A DNA stretch of 64,000 nt from Candidatus Magasanikiibacteriota bacterium (GTDB taxonomy: Bacteria; Patescibacteriota; Patescibacteriia; Magasanikbacterales; GWA2-37-8). Both the position numbers and the translations under genes were made by a program. Shown here piece after piece: positions 29,413 through 38,147 of the stretch. The stretch is taken from the NCBI GenBank assembly GCA_041666745.1, contig JBAYGI010000003.1:76782-140781 (forward strand), given 5' to 3'. A model generated the notes under the pieces. That model saw only the letters and a program-made list of their open reading frames with translations. It did not search any database and had not been told where the DNA came from. Positions within the stretch are counted from its first letter, which is position 1. Every line of letters begins with the position of its first letter.

Positions 29413-29748
29413 ATGGAAGACCAAAAAATTACAACTCCGACTGCAGACCAAAAGCCCAAAGAAATGATTCGAGTGTCTATTTCTGAGGCGGCGCGTTTAT
29501 TTGGGGTAAACTCACAAACTATCCGTCGGGCTATCTCTGCACAAGAAATCACCTATGTTATTGTGTCCGGACGTTACAAAGTAAATTTTGAAAGTTTGGT
29601 GAAGTGGTCACAACACCACACAACCGTCAAAAACAAACTGGCCAATAAAGGGATCGGGCAATTCGTAGAAAAATGGAAAATTAAAAATCCTCTCTACTCC
29701 CCCAACCCAAAATCACTTAATGTAAAAAAAGATGAAATCCCTCAATAA
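29413..29748 (+). CDS. HTH_17/excisionase-like DNA-binding protein
   Basis: VSISEAARLFGVNSQTIRRAI...GRYKV; start at MEDQK downstream of promoter. Confidence 0.8.
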   Translation: MEDQKITTPTADQKPKEMIRVSISEAARLFGVNSQTIRRAISAQEITYVIVSGRYKVNFESLVKWSQHHTTVKNKLANKGIGQFVEKWKIKNPLYSPNPKSLNVKKDEIPQ

Positions 29749-29764
29749 TTTGAGGGATTTTTTG
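29735..29764 (+). terminator. Intrinsic terminator
   Basis: AAATCCCTCAA-taat-TTGAGGGATTT plus T tract. Confidence 0.8.
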
Positions 29765-29793
29765 TTGCCACTTGGCTGGATTAGGCGTATAAT
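29765..29793 (+). promoter_or_regulatory. sigma70 promoter
   Basis: TTGCCA-N17-TATAAT. Confidence 0.7.
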
Positions 29794-29820
29794 AAAAACA
29801 TAAAATACTTTCTATGTTTT

Positions 29821-31593
29821 ATGTTTAAAGCTATTTATAATTTATTCAACCGTCACTACCATTTACGCTACCACGGGGTTTACAATCACGCCAAGAAGCT
29901 TTTTGTATTTGATTTATTTTTATTAGCTACCGCCATTATCACACTCGGGGCTGGTTTGTTTTTCTTTTTTTGGAATCCGGGTTTAACCGATCAAATTGAT
30001 TTAAAAATATCTTTGGGGTCAAACAGGATTAAAAGTGGTGAGTTGGTTAAAGTAACTATCGATTATAAAAATCGTAGCAAATACTATCTGCGCGAGCCGG
30101 TATTGGCTTTACATTTGCCGATTGGTTTTGTGGTTGACCGCGAACTCACTCCTGTTAATATTTTCAAAACTGATTCTACTTTTGAACTCCCAGAATTACG
30201 TCCGGGCGCCAGCGGTCAAGCGGAAGTATATGGCCGACTTTGGGTATCACCAAAACAGGAAGAAAAAATCTCCGCCCTACTTTCCTACCTACCGGAAAAA
30301 TCCAACAACCGCGAACAGAAAATTGGGTTATTTTTGGTAAACCTATCTGACAGTATTTTGAGAGCTTCATTGGAGTTATCCACAACCTCTTTTGCCAATA
30401 CACGAGTGCCGTTTGTTTATAAACTTATCAACACCTCGGATTCCAAACTTGAAGGTCTCAATTTCAATTTTAATTTCCCAGGCACAATTATTGGACTAAA
30501 AAATAGTGATTTGCAAAATATTACTTTAGAAAAAAATAGTGAAAAATTAATTACCGGTGAAATCGTCATACCAAACAAATCCGGCGAATATAGCCTGAAT
30601 GTTATTGTTGGCGCAAGTATCAACAACCAATCAATCAACATTTTAAATAATCAATCGACCGTCAAAACTTTTTCACCTGAAATTAGTATATCGGCCAAAC
30701 TAAAAGATAACCCTACTTTTGCGCAACCAAACCAAACATTGAACGCCATCATAAGTTGGCAAAATAACGGCCAATATGAACTACAAAATTCATATGTACG
30801 AATTGCGTTTACTCCTGGTGTTGTAGATATCAAAACCACCGCCAAAGAAAACGGGTTTAAAATAGACGGCAATGATCTGATAGTTGGCGCGAACAATTTA
30901 TTGATTAGCGCAAAAGAACGTACTGCCCTCTCCAACGGCAAACCGCAAGCCAACGATCAGTTTGATTTCAAAATTTATTTATTACCAACCTTCAATGTCG
31001 GCACTACAGAAAACGCTGTATTGGAAATCAAACCATCATTTGTTTCTGAATTAAAAAATATTTCCGGACAACAGTTTACCTCAACCGGTGAATCGGCCAA
31101 AATTATTTTGGCGACTGAGTTGAGTCTAAAAGCCGAATCCAGATATTACACCGATGAAGGTGACCAACTAGGTCGCGGTCCACTGCCACCACAAGTTGGC
31201 GAAACTACCAAATATTGGATTTTTATCCGCGCCAACAACACCACCAATCCGGTTCGTGACGCGATGTTTTCCGCCACTCTGCCAAATGGAGTGAATTTTA
31301 CTGGCAAACAAAGTGTGTCTATCGGCCCCGCTCTAACTTTTGACGAAACCAACCGAACCGTAAGCTGGAACTATCGCGAACTACCGGCCAATAGTCAAAC
31401 CGGATTGTATTTTGAAGTAGCTGTAACACCAACACCGGAACAAATGGGCAAAACTATCAACTTGGTAAATAGTATTAAATTTACTGCCAGTGATAAAAAT
31501 ATTGGCAAACAGTTTGTATTGAATAAAAGTGTTGTGAATAATGTTTTGTCGGCAAATGACTTGGGGAATAAAAAAAGTAGTTTGGTGCAATAA
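29821..31593 (+). CDS. Membrane-anchored hypothetical protein with Ig-like (DUF11-like) modules
   Basis: One N-terminal TM, beta-rich repeats, GPLPPQVGETTKYWI motif. Confidence 0.6.
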   Translation: MFKAIYNLFNRHYHLRYHGVYNHAKKLFVFDLFLLATAIITLGAGLFFFFWNPGLTDQIDLKISLGSNRIKSGELVKVTIDYKNRSKYYLREPVLALHLPIGFVVDRELTPVNIFKTDSTFELPELRPGASGQAEVYGRLWVSPKQEEKISALLSYLPEKSNNREQKIGLFLVNLSDSILRASLELSTTSFANTRVPFVYKLINTSDSKLEGLNFNFNFPGTIIGLKNSDLQNITLEKNSEKLITGEIVIPNKSGEYSLNVIVGASINNQSINILNNQSTVKTFSPEISISAKLKDNPTFAQPNQTLNAIISWQNNGQYELQNSYVRIAFTPGVVDIKTTAKENGFKIDGNDLIVGANNLLISAKERTALSNGKPQANDQFDFKIYLLPTFNVGTTENAVLEIKPSFVSELKNISGQQFTSTGESAKIILATELSLKAESRYYTDEGDQLGRGPLPPQVGETTKYWIFIRANNTTNPVRDAMFSATLPNGVNFTGKQSVSIGPALTFDETNRTVSWNYRELPANSQTGLYFEVAVTPTPEQMGKTINLVNSIKFTASDKNIGKQFVLNKSVVNNVLSANDLGNKKSSLVQ

Positions 31594-31595
31594 AC

Positions 31596-31707
31596 AAAAA
31601 CACCACGCACATATAACCACCTTTTCGCTTTTTTCAGCCGCGAGGCTGAAAGGATGAGCCTCGGCTCATAACCCGCTCAAAGGTAACTATATGTGCGTGG
31701 TGTTTTT
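31596..31707 (+). repeat. Structured repeat family A copy 1, enclosed by a terminator-like 20-bp stem
   Basis: Core CGCTTTTTTCAGCC-GCGA-GGCTGAAAGGATGAGCCTCGGCTCATAACCCGC; between convergent genes. Confidence 0.85.
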
Positions 31708-31724
31708 TGATCCTTCTGTAAATA

Positions 31725-32876
31725 CTACACTCCAGCTGACTTTTTCAGGTCTTCGACTTTGTCAGTTTTTTCCCAAGAAAACTCTGCGCGACCAAAATGT
31801 CCATAAGCCGCAGTGGCGCGATAAATCGGTTTCAACAAATCAAGCTGCTCGATAATCTTACCTGGTCGGAAATCAAATACGGCTTTGACTGCTTCCTCCA
31901 ATTTTTCATCAGCCACTTTTCCAGTTCCGAAACTATCCACACAAACACTGGTTGGTTCAGCTCGTCCGATAACATAGGATACTTGTACTTCACATTTATC
32001 AGCCAACCCGGCTGCGACGATGTTTTTGGCCACATAGCGAGCCATATAAGCGCCGGAACGGTCTACTTTACTTGGATCCTTGCCGGAGAAACAACCACCA
32101 CCGTGACGCCCCATTCCGCCATAAGAATCCACGATAATTTTTCTTCCGGTTAATCCGGTATCACCTTGTGGACCACCAATAACAAAACGGCCAGTCATGT
32201 TGATAAACAAATCAGTTTTGTCATCCATGTATTTTCCACAAATCGGCTTAATCACCTTTTCGGTGATATCAGCGCGAATCTGCTCATTGGTGGCGCTGTC
32301 GTGGTGTTGAGCGGATATTACCACATTTTGCAAACGGGTTGGTTTACCGTCGACATACTCCACGGCTACCTGAGATTTACCATCTGGACGCAAATATGGA
32401 ATCTCACCATTTTTGCGCACCTCAGCCAAACGTTTGGATAATTTATGTGCCAAAGAAATTGGCAAAGGCATCAATTCTTCGGTTTCGTTACAAGCGTAAC
32501 CAAACATCAAACCTTGATCCCCGGCACCCTGCTCTTCGACTGCTTTCTTTTCCACCCCTTGCGCAATATCCGGAGATTGTTCGTGAATAGAAACCAACAC
32601 ACCGGCATGTTCACCGTCAATTCCGTAAGCCGGATCAGTGTAACCAATATCCGTCAAAACTCCACGCACGATTTGTTGTACATCGGCATAACCATTGGTA
32701 GTAACTTCACCACCAACAATCACCAAACCGGTAGTAGTAAAACATTCTACCGCCACATGAGATTTTGGATCCTGACCAATCAGTTTATCTAGAACCGCAT
32801 CAGAAATCTGGTCGCAAATTTTGTCTGGGTGACCTTCAGTCACCGATTCTGATGTAAAAACAAATTTATTAGACAT
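31725..32876 (-). CDS. metK: S-adenosylmethionine synthetase
   Basis: [42 protein letters not shown]. Confidence 0.98.
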   Translation of the reverse strand: MSNKFVFTSESVTEGHPDKICDQISDAVLDKLIGQDPKSHVAVECFTTTGLVIVGGEVTTNGYADVQQIVRGVLTDIGYTDPAYGIDGEHAGVLVSIHEQSPDIAQGVEKKAVEEQGAGDQGLMFGYACNETEELMPLPISLAHKLSKRLAEVRKNGEIPYLRPDGKSQVAVEYVDGKPTRLQNVVISAQHHDSATNEQIRADITEKVIKPICGKYMDDKTDLFINMTGRFVIGGPQGDTGLTGRKIIVDSYGGMGRHGGGCFSGKDPSKVDRSGAYMARYVAKNIVAAGLADKCEVQVSYVIGRAEPTSVCVDSFGTGKVADEKLEEAVKAVFDFRPGKIIEQLDLLKPIYRATAAYGHFGRAEFSWEKTDKVEDLKKSAGV

Positions 32877-32961
32877 AATTTATTTATAAAATTAATAACC
32901 GACAGACAGAAGGAAGTTGTTGACAAGTAATCGACCTGTCACCTAGCAACAACAAACACCG

Positions 32962-34140
32962 TCAAAAACGAATGAATTTCATTATACTAACTACTGTAGC
33001 GATTGTAAATACCAAAAAAACTAAAACTGTTAATAAAGTTGTCAGCGGTAAACGGTAACGATCAGCTGGCAAATCACCAAGTTTTTTTGCCTTCCAATAA
33101 ACCATCATCATCAGTATCGCTTCAATCCCCAAAAACAAACCACCAACTACTCCTAAAATATTTACAAAATCGCGCCAACCGGCCATAAAAAAAGTCAGTG
33201 GGGCTAAAATAACCAAAAAGGTAGATAACAAAGAAGGTATTTTCCAATCCCACACTAAACTCTGTTTGAGCGCTACCCCCAACCCCATAAATCCGGTGCC
33301 CATTGCAAATATTGCAAATACATTGGCCAAAATCCTAACCCAAGAGCCAAATTTATTTCCCAAACCCAGAGTCGCAATTTCGGTTGTTTCTTTTCCCATC
33401 ACCCCAACCACCGCCAAAGCGAATATGATATAAACAAAGATCGGAATGAGTGTGCCAATAATCAAAGCTTTTCTAAAATGTTTTTGACTCCCCGGCAACA
33501 ACGCATGTGCCTCAGCAATCGCCGGTGAAGCATGAAGAGCAAATAAAATTACACCATAAGGCAGAAAAATTTTACCCCAATTTAAGTAACTAAAATTTAC
33601 TGCTTGGACATGTGGTAAAAAAGCCAGAGACAAACCCACGATAATACTGATCACCAAAATACTCAAAACTTTTTCAAACACTTTGACTGTTTGTAATCCC
33701 CGCCACACCAATACACTTCCAATTGTCCAAAATATCACCGTCCACCAAGCCGGATCACCGCCAAAAATACCGGACAACGATTCACCCTCGCCCACCAAAT
33801 ACGCCAACAATGTTCCAAGACCACTGAAAACAATAATCACCGACATTAAAATTTTCGCGGGACCACCAAGATATTTTCCTACCAATCCGGGCAACTGAAA
33901 ACTTTCTTTGGTGCGAATGGTCACTTCGCCAATCATGAGATTCAAAAACAACATCACTATTCCCAATATTAAAATATACGCAATACCAACCCAAATCCCC
34001 ACTTGCGCCACGACATACGGAACACCCAAAACACCCGCACCAATCGTCATGCCGGTAATCATAAACACCGCACTGCTAATGCCCAATGGTTTTTTGTAAA
34101 CTCCGCCGTGCAAAACCAACTCCGATTCTTTTTTAAACAT
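32962..34140 (-). CDS. Aromatic amino-acid permease (Mtr/TnaB/TyrP-like)
   Basis: GMTIGAGVLGVP, about 11 TMs, LPYGVILFAL. Confidence 0.8.
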   Translation of the reverse strand: MFKKESELVLHGGVYKKPLGISSAVFMITGMTIGAGVLGVPYVVAQVGIWVGIAYILILGIVMLFLNLMIGEVTIRTKESFQLPGLVGKYLGGPAKILMSVIIVFSGLGTLLAYLVGEGESLSGIFGGDPAWWTVIFWTIGSVLVWRGLQTVKVFEKVLSILVISIIVGLSLAFLPHVQAVNFSYLNWGKIFLPYGVILFALHASPAIAEAHALLPGSQKHFRKALIIGTLIPIFVYIIFALAVVGVMGKETTEIATLGLGNKFGSWVRILANVFAIFAMGTGFMGLGVALKQSLVWDWKIPSLLSTFLVILAPLTFFMAGWRDFVNILGVVGGLFLGIEAILMMMVYWKAKKLGDLPADRYRLPLTTLLTVLVFLVFTIATVVSIMKFIRF

Positions 34141-34180
34141 AAAAATATTTAGAGTGCCTTTATTTTATCATAAAATAATA

Positions 34181-34210
34181 AAAACAAAAAGCCCCGAACA
34201 GGTCGGGGCT
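34181..34210 (-). terminator. Intrinsic terminator after tRNA
   Basis: AGCCCCGA/TCGGGGCT stem followed by T tract on minus strand. Confidence 0.75.
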
Positions 34211-34231
34211 GAAAGTGTTTGAAAAAAAATG

Positions 34232-34305
34232 TGGGTGATAAAGGATTCGAACCTTTGGCCTCCTCGGTGTAAACGAGGCGCTCTAACCAACTGAGCTAAT
34301 CACCC
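34232..34305 (-). tRNA. tRNA-Val(TAC)
   Basis: GGGTGATTAGCTCAGTTGGTTAGAGCGCCTCGTT-TAC-ACCGAGGAGGCCAAAGGTTCGAATCCTTTATCACCCA; CCA not encoded; TTGACT-N17-TATATT promoter at 34320-34348. Confidence 0.95.
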
Positions 34306-34340
34306 AAATTAACAACAGTAATATACCTAAAAATAAAATT

Positions 34341-35336
34341 TTAGTCAATGGGGTGAAAATAATCAGCCATTCCGCTATACCCATGGATTTTCAACCAATA
34401 CCACCACTCCGCTCCCCATAGATAAGCTCGGCTAAATCCAGTTTGTTTGGCAAAGTCTATTTGTTTTTGCATTCGATCCAAATTCATCGACTTCAACTGC
34501 TCATCAATATTTTCAACAGAAATGGCCATATTGGGCATCCAAGGTTCGGCTTGTAATTCGGAAATATAAACATTTTTTAAATTCAATCCATATAACTTGG
34601 CGTGCGCGCGATAAAAAGCCGCCGGTAACCAGTCATAATTAAAATACCCGCTACGTTTACTCCATACCACCCGATAGGCAGTACTACCAAAGATATCCCC
34701 TGCTTTGGCGGTTTTATTCCAAAAACTTAATTCGCCACTATCCGTAACCATAACCAAATGTTTTGGGTCAGTATTTTTGATGGTGCTGATCTCAGTTTGT
34801 AATTTTTTTACATCGAGCGTGCGACATTTGTCACCAAACTCCAAAAACGGTTCATTTTCCACCTGCCAAGTTTCGAGTGCTGGATTATTTTTGAAATGCT
34901 CGGCAACATTTTTTAAATAATTATTTAAGGCTACATGGTATTGATCATCAGAAAGATTTACCGCCCAATCCGGCACATTACATTCCGGCCAGCGCGGTGT
35001 TTTTTGACCCGCCGCCAATACTACTTTGGCATTGCGTTTGGCAGCCTCATTCAGCAAATAATCCAATTCTGAAAAATCAAATTTGCCACTTTTTGGCTCT
35101 ACTTCATCCCAACGAGCGGTCAAACGCAAATAACGAAATTTCCAATCATCTAAAATAACTTTATAAACTTCGCCTACATCTAAACCCAAATAACGCGCGT
35201 AATCCGGACTAAACGATGTACCCAAAATAATCTTTTCATTTTTGGGATTAGCCGAATCAGAAAATAAATACCAGACATTGGCCGCTATCAACAAAACTAT
35301 TCCAAAAAATATTAATAGTTTTTTTTGTAAACTCAT
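34341..35336 (-). CDS. Membrane-anchored clan GH-A glycoside hydrolase
   Basis: N-terminal TM, WDEVEP..GKFDFS.LD, QVENEP acid/base, ISELQAEPW nucleophile. Confidence 0.75.
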   Translation of the reverse strand: MSLQKKLLIFFGIVLLIAANVWYLFSDSANPKNEKIILGTSFSPDYARYLGLDVGEVYKVILDDWKFRYLRLTARWDEVEPKSGKFDFSELDYLLNEAAKRNAKVVLAAGQKTPRWPECNVPDWAVNLSDDQYHVALNNYLKNVAEHFKNNPALETWQVENEPFLEFGDKCRTLDVKKLQTEISTIKNTDPKHLVMVTDSGELSFWNKTAKAGDIFGSTAYRVVWSKRSGYFNYDWLPAAFYRAHAKLYGLNLKNVYISELQAEPWMPNMAISVENIDEQLKSMNLDRMQKQIDFAKQTGFSRAYLWGAEWWYWLKIHGYSGMADYFHPID

Positions 35337-35337
35337 A

Positions 35338-36261
35338 CTAAACTAGTAAGATTAAACCGGCGGCAATCACCACCACCGCCAATGTTTCTAATATTATTTC
35401 TCCAACCGTGTAATATTCTTTGAATTTTTTTGGCCAAAATTTACTAAGCAATAAAACTAAAATAATTAAAAGCGCGTATTCCAAACCATTCAAAGCATTA
35501 ACCAATGATACACTGCCGATTGCCACGGCGTATTGCACAACCACTACCCCTACTGAACCTAAAATTTTATTTACTACCACTAAAATAATATTATCTTTTT
35601 TTGCTTTGACGGACAATAATTTATTTTTAACTTTATCCAAAACACTGGTTTTAAAAAGTGAACGATAAACAATTGGGTGTAATAATAAAACCAACCCTAA
35701 TAAACCAGTAGCCGCTCTCGTCCAAACAAAACCGCTGTAAAAATCATAATGACCGTAAATATATTTTGCGCTGACATGTGAAATCGCAAATAATAGGCCG
35801 GCTAATATCCCCCACACCAACCCCAAATGCAGGCCGGACTGTTGTTTGCTTTTTTCGAATGAAACCAACAGTGAACCAACAATCAGCAAACCTGAGGCTA
35901 TCAATTGACGAGTGGTTAAAATTTCTAACAAAAATACATTGCTGAATAATAATACAAATAATGGAGTGGCCGCGCCTACCAACGGTCCAATGTGGCTGAT
36001 CTCGCTTTTTTCGAAACCTAAAAACATTGTCCATAGTGCAAAGGCGAAAGATAGGCCGGATAATACCGCTACACTCCAATCAAATGGGGTGTGTAAAAAA
36101 TTTACTCCGAATGGGATTAGTAATAAGAGCGGTAGAACGAAAATTGCGGAATAAAAAGTATATAGGACTGGTTGGATTTTGGCTGAGGAAAGTAGATATT
36201 TATCCATTATTGCTACTATGGCCAGAATTGTGTAACCGATTATTGAGAGTATTAGCCACAT
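35338..36261 (-). CDS. EamA/DMT family transporter
   Basis: About 10 TMs in two repeats, MDKYLL, EISHIGPL, LLEILT. Confidence 0.8.
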   Translation of the reverse strand: MWLILSIIGYTILAIVAIMDKYLLSSAKIQPVLYTFYSAIFVLPLLLLIPFGVNFLHTPFDWSVAVLSGLSFAFALWTMFLGFEKSEISHIGPLVGAATPLFVLLFSNVFLLEILTTRQLIASGLLIVGSLLVSFEKSKQQSGLHLGLVWGILAGLLFAISHVSAKYIYGHYDFYSGFVWTRAATGLLGLVLLLHPIVYRSLFKTSVLDKVKNKLLSVKAKKDNIILVVVNKILGSVGVVVVQYAVAIGSVSLVNALNGLEYALLIILVLLLSKFWPKKFKEYYTVGEIILETLAVVVIAAGLILLV

Positions 36262-36287
36262 ATACTATTGGGTCTGTTTAATTTTAC

Positions 36288-36408
36288 GCCTCGTAGATAT
36301 AAATTTTCTTGCGCTCAGACTTGTAGCGAATTTGTCGTTTAGCAGACAGCTAGTTTGGTTCTCGCTACTTCGGACAATTCGCGCGGCGAAAATTTTTATC
36401 TACTCGGC
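36288..36408. repeat. Long imperfect hairpin, possibly a divergent family-B-like element
   Basis: GCC-tc-GTAGATA.AAATTTTC...GAAAATTT.TATCTAC-tc-GGC with CTCAGAC/CTCG bulges. Confidence 0.55.
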
Positions 36409-36437
36409 TATTAGTTTAGTCTTACTAATTATAGCAC

Positions 36438-36473
36438 AAAAAAACGTCGCGATCTAATTGCGACGTTTTTTTT
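36438..36473. terminator. Bidirectional intrinsic terminator
   Basis: AAAAAAACGTCGC...GCGACGTTTTTTT. Confidence 0.85.
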
Positions 36474-36589
36474 GATCCACATCCAATATTTACTTTTGGA
36501 AATAAACATTGGACGTGGAGAGTAGTGCGCAACTACCAACCCCACTCCCGATCAGCCAGTTAATGGCGATCGAACTTTGTGAACCGCGG

Positions 36590-36796
36590 TCAGCGCGGCC
36601 ACACCTCCTTCGCCGGCTTCTTGACGACCGGTGAAGATGGACGACGATCAGACGCCGGCGGATTCCACCGCGCTTCCTCGTCGTGTTGGAAAAGCTCCTC
36701 CTTGCCGCCACGGACCACAGTGGTCACAGGCGGCGGCGTGTTGTCTGGAGTGGGCCGCACGACAAATTTGACCTCGCAACTGACATCCTCAGTCAT
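36590..36796 (-). CDS. Orphan 68-aa Pro-rich protein in a GC-rich structured cassette
   Basis: SD-like AAGGAAGGA 4 nt before ATG; putative promoter TTGACA-N17-GAGTAT at 36852-36880; terminator downstream. Confidence 0.5.
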   Translation of the reverse strand: MTEDVSCEVKFVVRPTPDNTPPPVTTVVRGGKEELFQHDEEARWNPPASDRRPSSPVVKKPAKEVWPR

Positions 36797-36869
36797 AGTG
36801 TCCTTCCTTGAAGAAATGGTGGTACTTAACGCACTACTCTAACAGTTTTGCATACTCTCAAACTATCAC

Positions 36870-38018
36870 CTAACTGTCAATAAAGTTATCCACACTAAAT
36901 CTCTTTTCCAGTTTTAAACCGGCCGAAGTGTAGCGATTGGATGCATTCCAAAGCAACCAGCCGGCATTGGGATATTTTTCTACCATATCTATCTCCGCGC
37001 GGATATTTTTTGCGCCGTAAACTGCCCCAATATTAAAAGCTTGCAACCACGGTCGCACTTGGGCACGTTTGTCCACAAACAACGGCGCGCCTTTTTTCAT
37101 TCCATTATCAATTACCTTTCCCGGGTTCGCTGCCGGATTGGATAAACCCAAATGTCCTTTGGCATAGTGCGACGGATACATCATCGGCGAAATAAAATCG
37201 ACCACATCTACCGCCGTATCAATTTTTTGACCAATACTCATACCGGTATTATTTTCCATCACCAATCCAAAAAAATCTACTGACGTGTAGGCCGGTTCAT
37301 CGTTGAGTTGTTCGGATAAAAATTTAAAAAAATCAGCCATCACCGCGTTGCGTTCAGTTGTTTTTGGAATTACCGCATTTGCCATATTGCCATCGGTAGG
37401 AAAACGTACATAATCAAAATTGATTTCGTCAAAACCCAACGCTATTACTTCTTTGGCAATGTCCATATTATATTGCCACAAATCTTGGCGCGCGCTATCT
37501 ACCCAAGATAAACCCTTTTTATCTTTCCAAATTCCACCCTTTTTATTCTTAATCGCCCACTCCGGTTTTTTTTCTGCCAAAATAGGATCTTGAAAAACTG
37601 TTTGGCGGGCAATCACATAAATACCGTGGGCGTGTAATTTTTTAATTAAATCCGGAATATTTTTCAAAACAACCCGCTTAGTTTTTAATTCTTTAACAAC
37701 CGGTATTTGGCTGTTGTATAAAATATAACCGGTATAATCTTTGATATCTATCACTACTGCATTGAGCTCGGTGGTGTCAATTAATTTAATAATCTCGTCA
37801 ATTTTTTTAGTATTATTGGCTGAATTAGCAGTCAGATATATTCCTTTGACAATTTGTTGAGGAACCTTTTCGCGGGGTGGCAAAACAACTTCAGATACAT
37901 CTGCGACCGCTTGCGCCTTCGGTAAAAAATGAGGGCAACAGAATACCACAAAAACAGTCAGCCAGGCCAATGGTAAACCAACAATCAATACTTTCCAAAA
38001 CTGTCCCCTTTTCTCCAT
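36870..38018 (-). CDS. Putative glycoside hydrolase (DUF4015-like), membrane-anchored
   Basis: KGIYLT, NAVVIDIKD, GFDEINFDYVRFP, SPMMYPSHY, RPWLQAF. Confidence 0.85.
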   Translation of the reverse strand: MEKRGQFWKVLIVGLPLAWLTVFVVFCCPHFLPKAQAVADVSEVVLPPREKVPQQIVKGIYLTANSANNTKKIDEIIKLIDTTELNAVVIDIKDYTGYILYNSQIPVVKELKTKRVVLKNIPDLIKKLHAHGIYVIARQTVFQDPILAEKKPEWAIKNKKGGIWKDKKGLSWVDSARQDLWQYNMDIAKEVIALGFDEINFDYVRFPTDGNMANAVIPKTTERNAVMADFFKFLSEQLNDEPAYTSVDFFGLVMENNTGMSIGQKIDTAVDVVDFISPMMYPSHYAKGHLGLSNPAANPGKVIDNGMKKGAPLFVDKRAQVRPWLQAFNIGAVYGAKNIRAEIDMVEKYPNAGWLLWNASNRYTSAGLKLEKRFSVDNFIDS

Positions 38019-38086
38019 ATTAACTCGATTTCTTGAAACTTACTGCTTGGATTATACCACACCTAGCCAAAATCCGCACCTCCCCC

Positions 38087-38115
38087 TTGACAAAACCGGC
38101 GATTTGTGCTATTAT
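38087..38115 (+). promoter_or_regulatory. sigma70 promoter of GT4 gene
   Basis: TTGACA-N17-TATTAT with extended TG. Confidence 0.7.
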
Positions 38116-38147
38116 TACCGGTTAATTTTATTTAATCCAAGCCAAAT

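Noticed and set aside
20617-29748. Prophage or ICE implied by two excisionase-like HTH genes
   Set aside because: No integrase, phage or transposase genes and no att duplication of the tRNA-Val 3' end seen
36438-36880. tmRNA, RNase P RNA, 6S or SRP RNA
   Set aside because: No GGGG..T-arm..CCA tRNA-like ends, no GAGGAAAGTCC, no SRP motif recognised
30376-36894. oriC from DnaA boxes (TTATCCACA at 30376, 36886, also 59028)
   Set aside because: Isolated, inside CDSs, not clustered, no dnaA/dnaN
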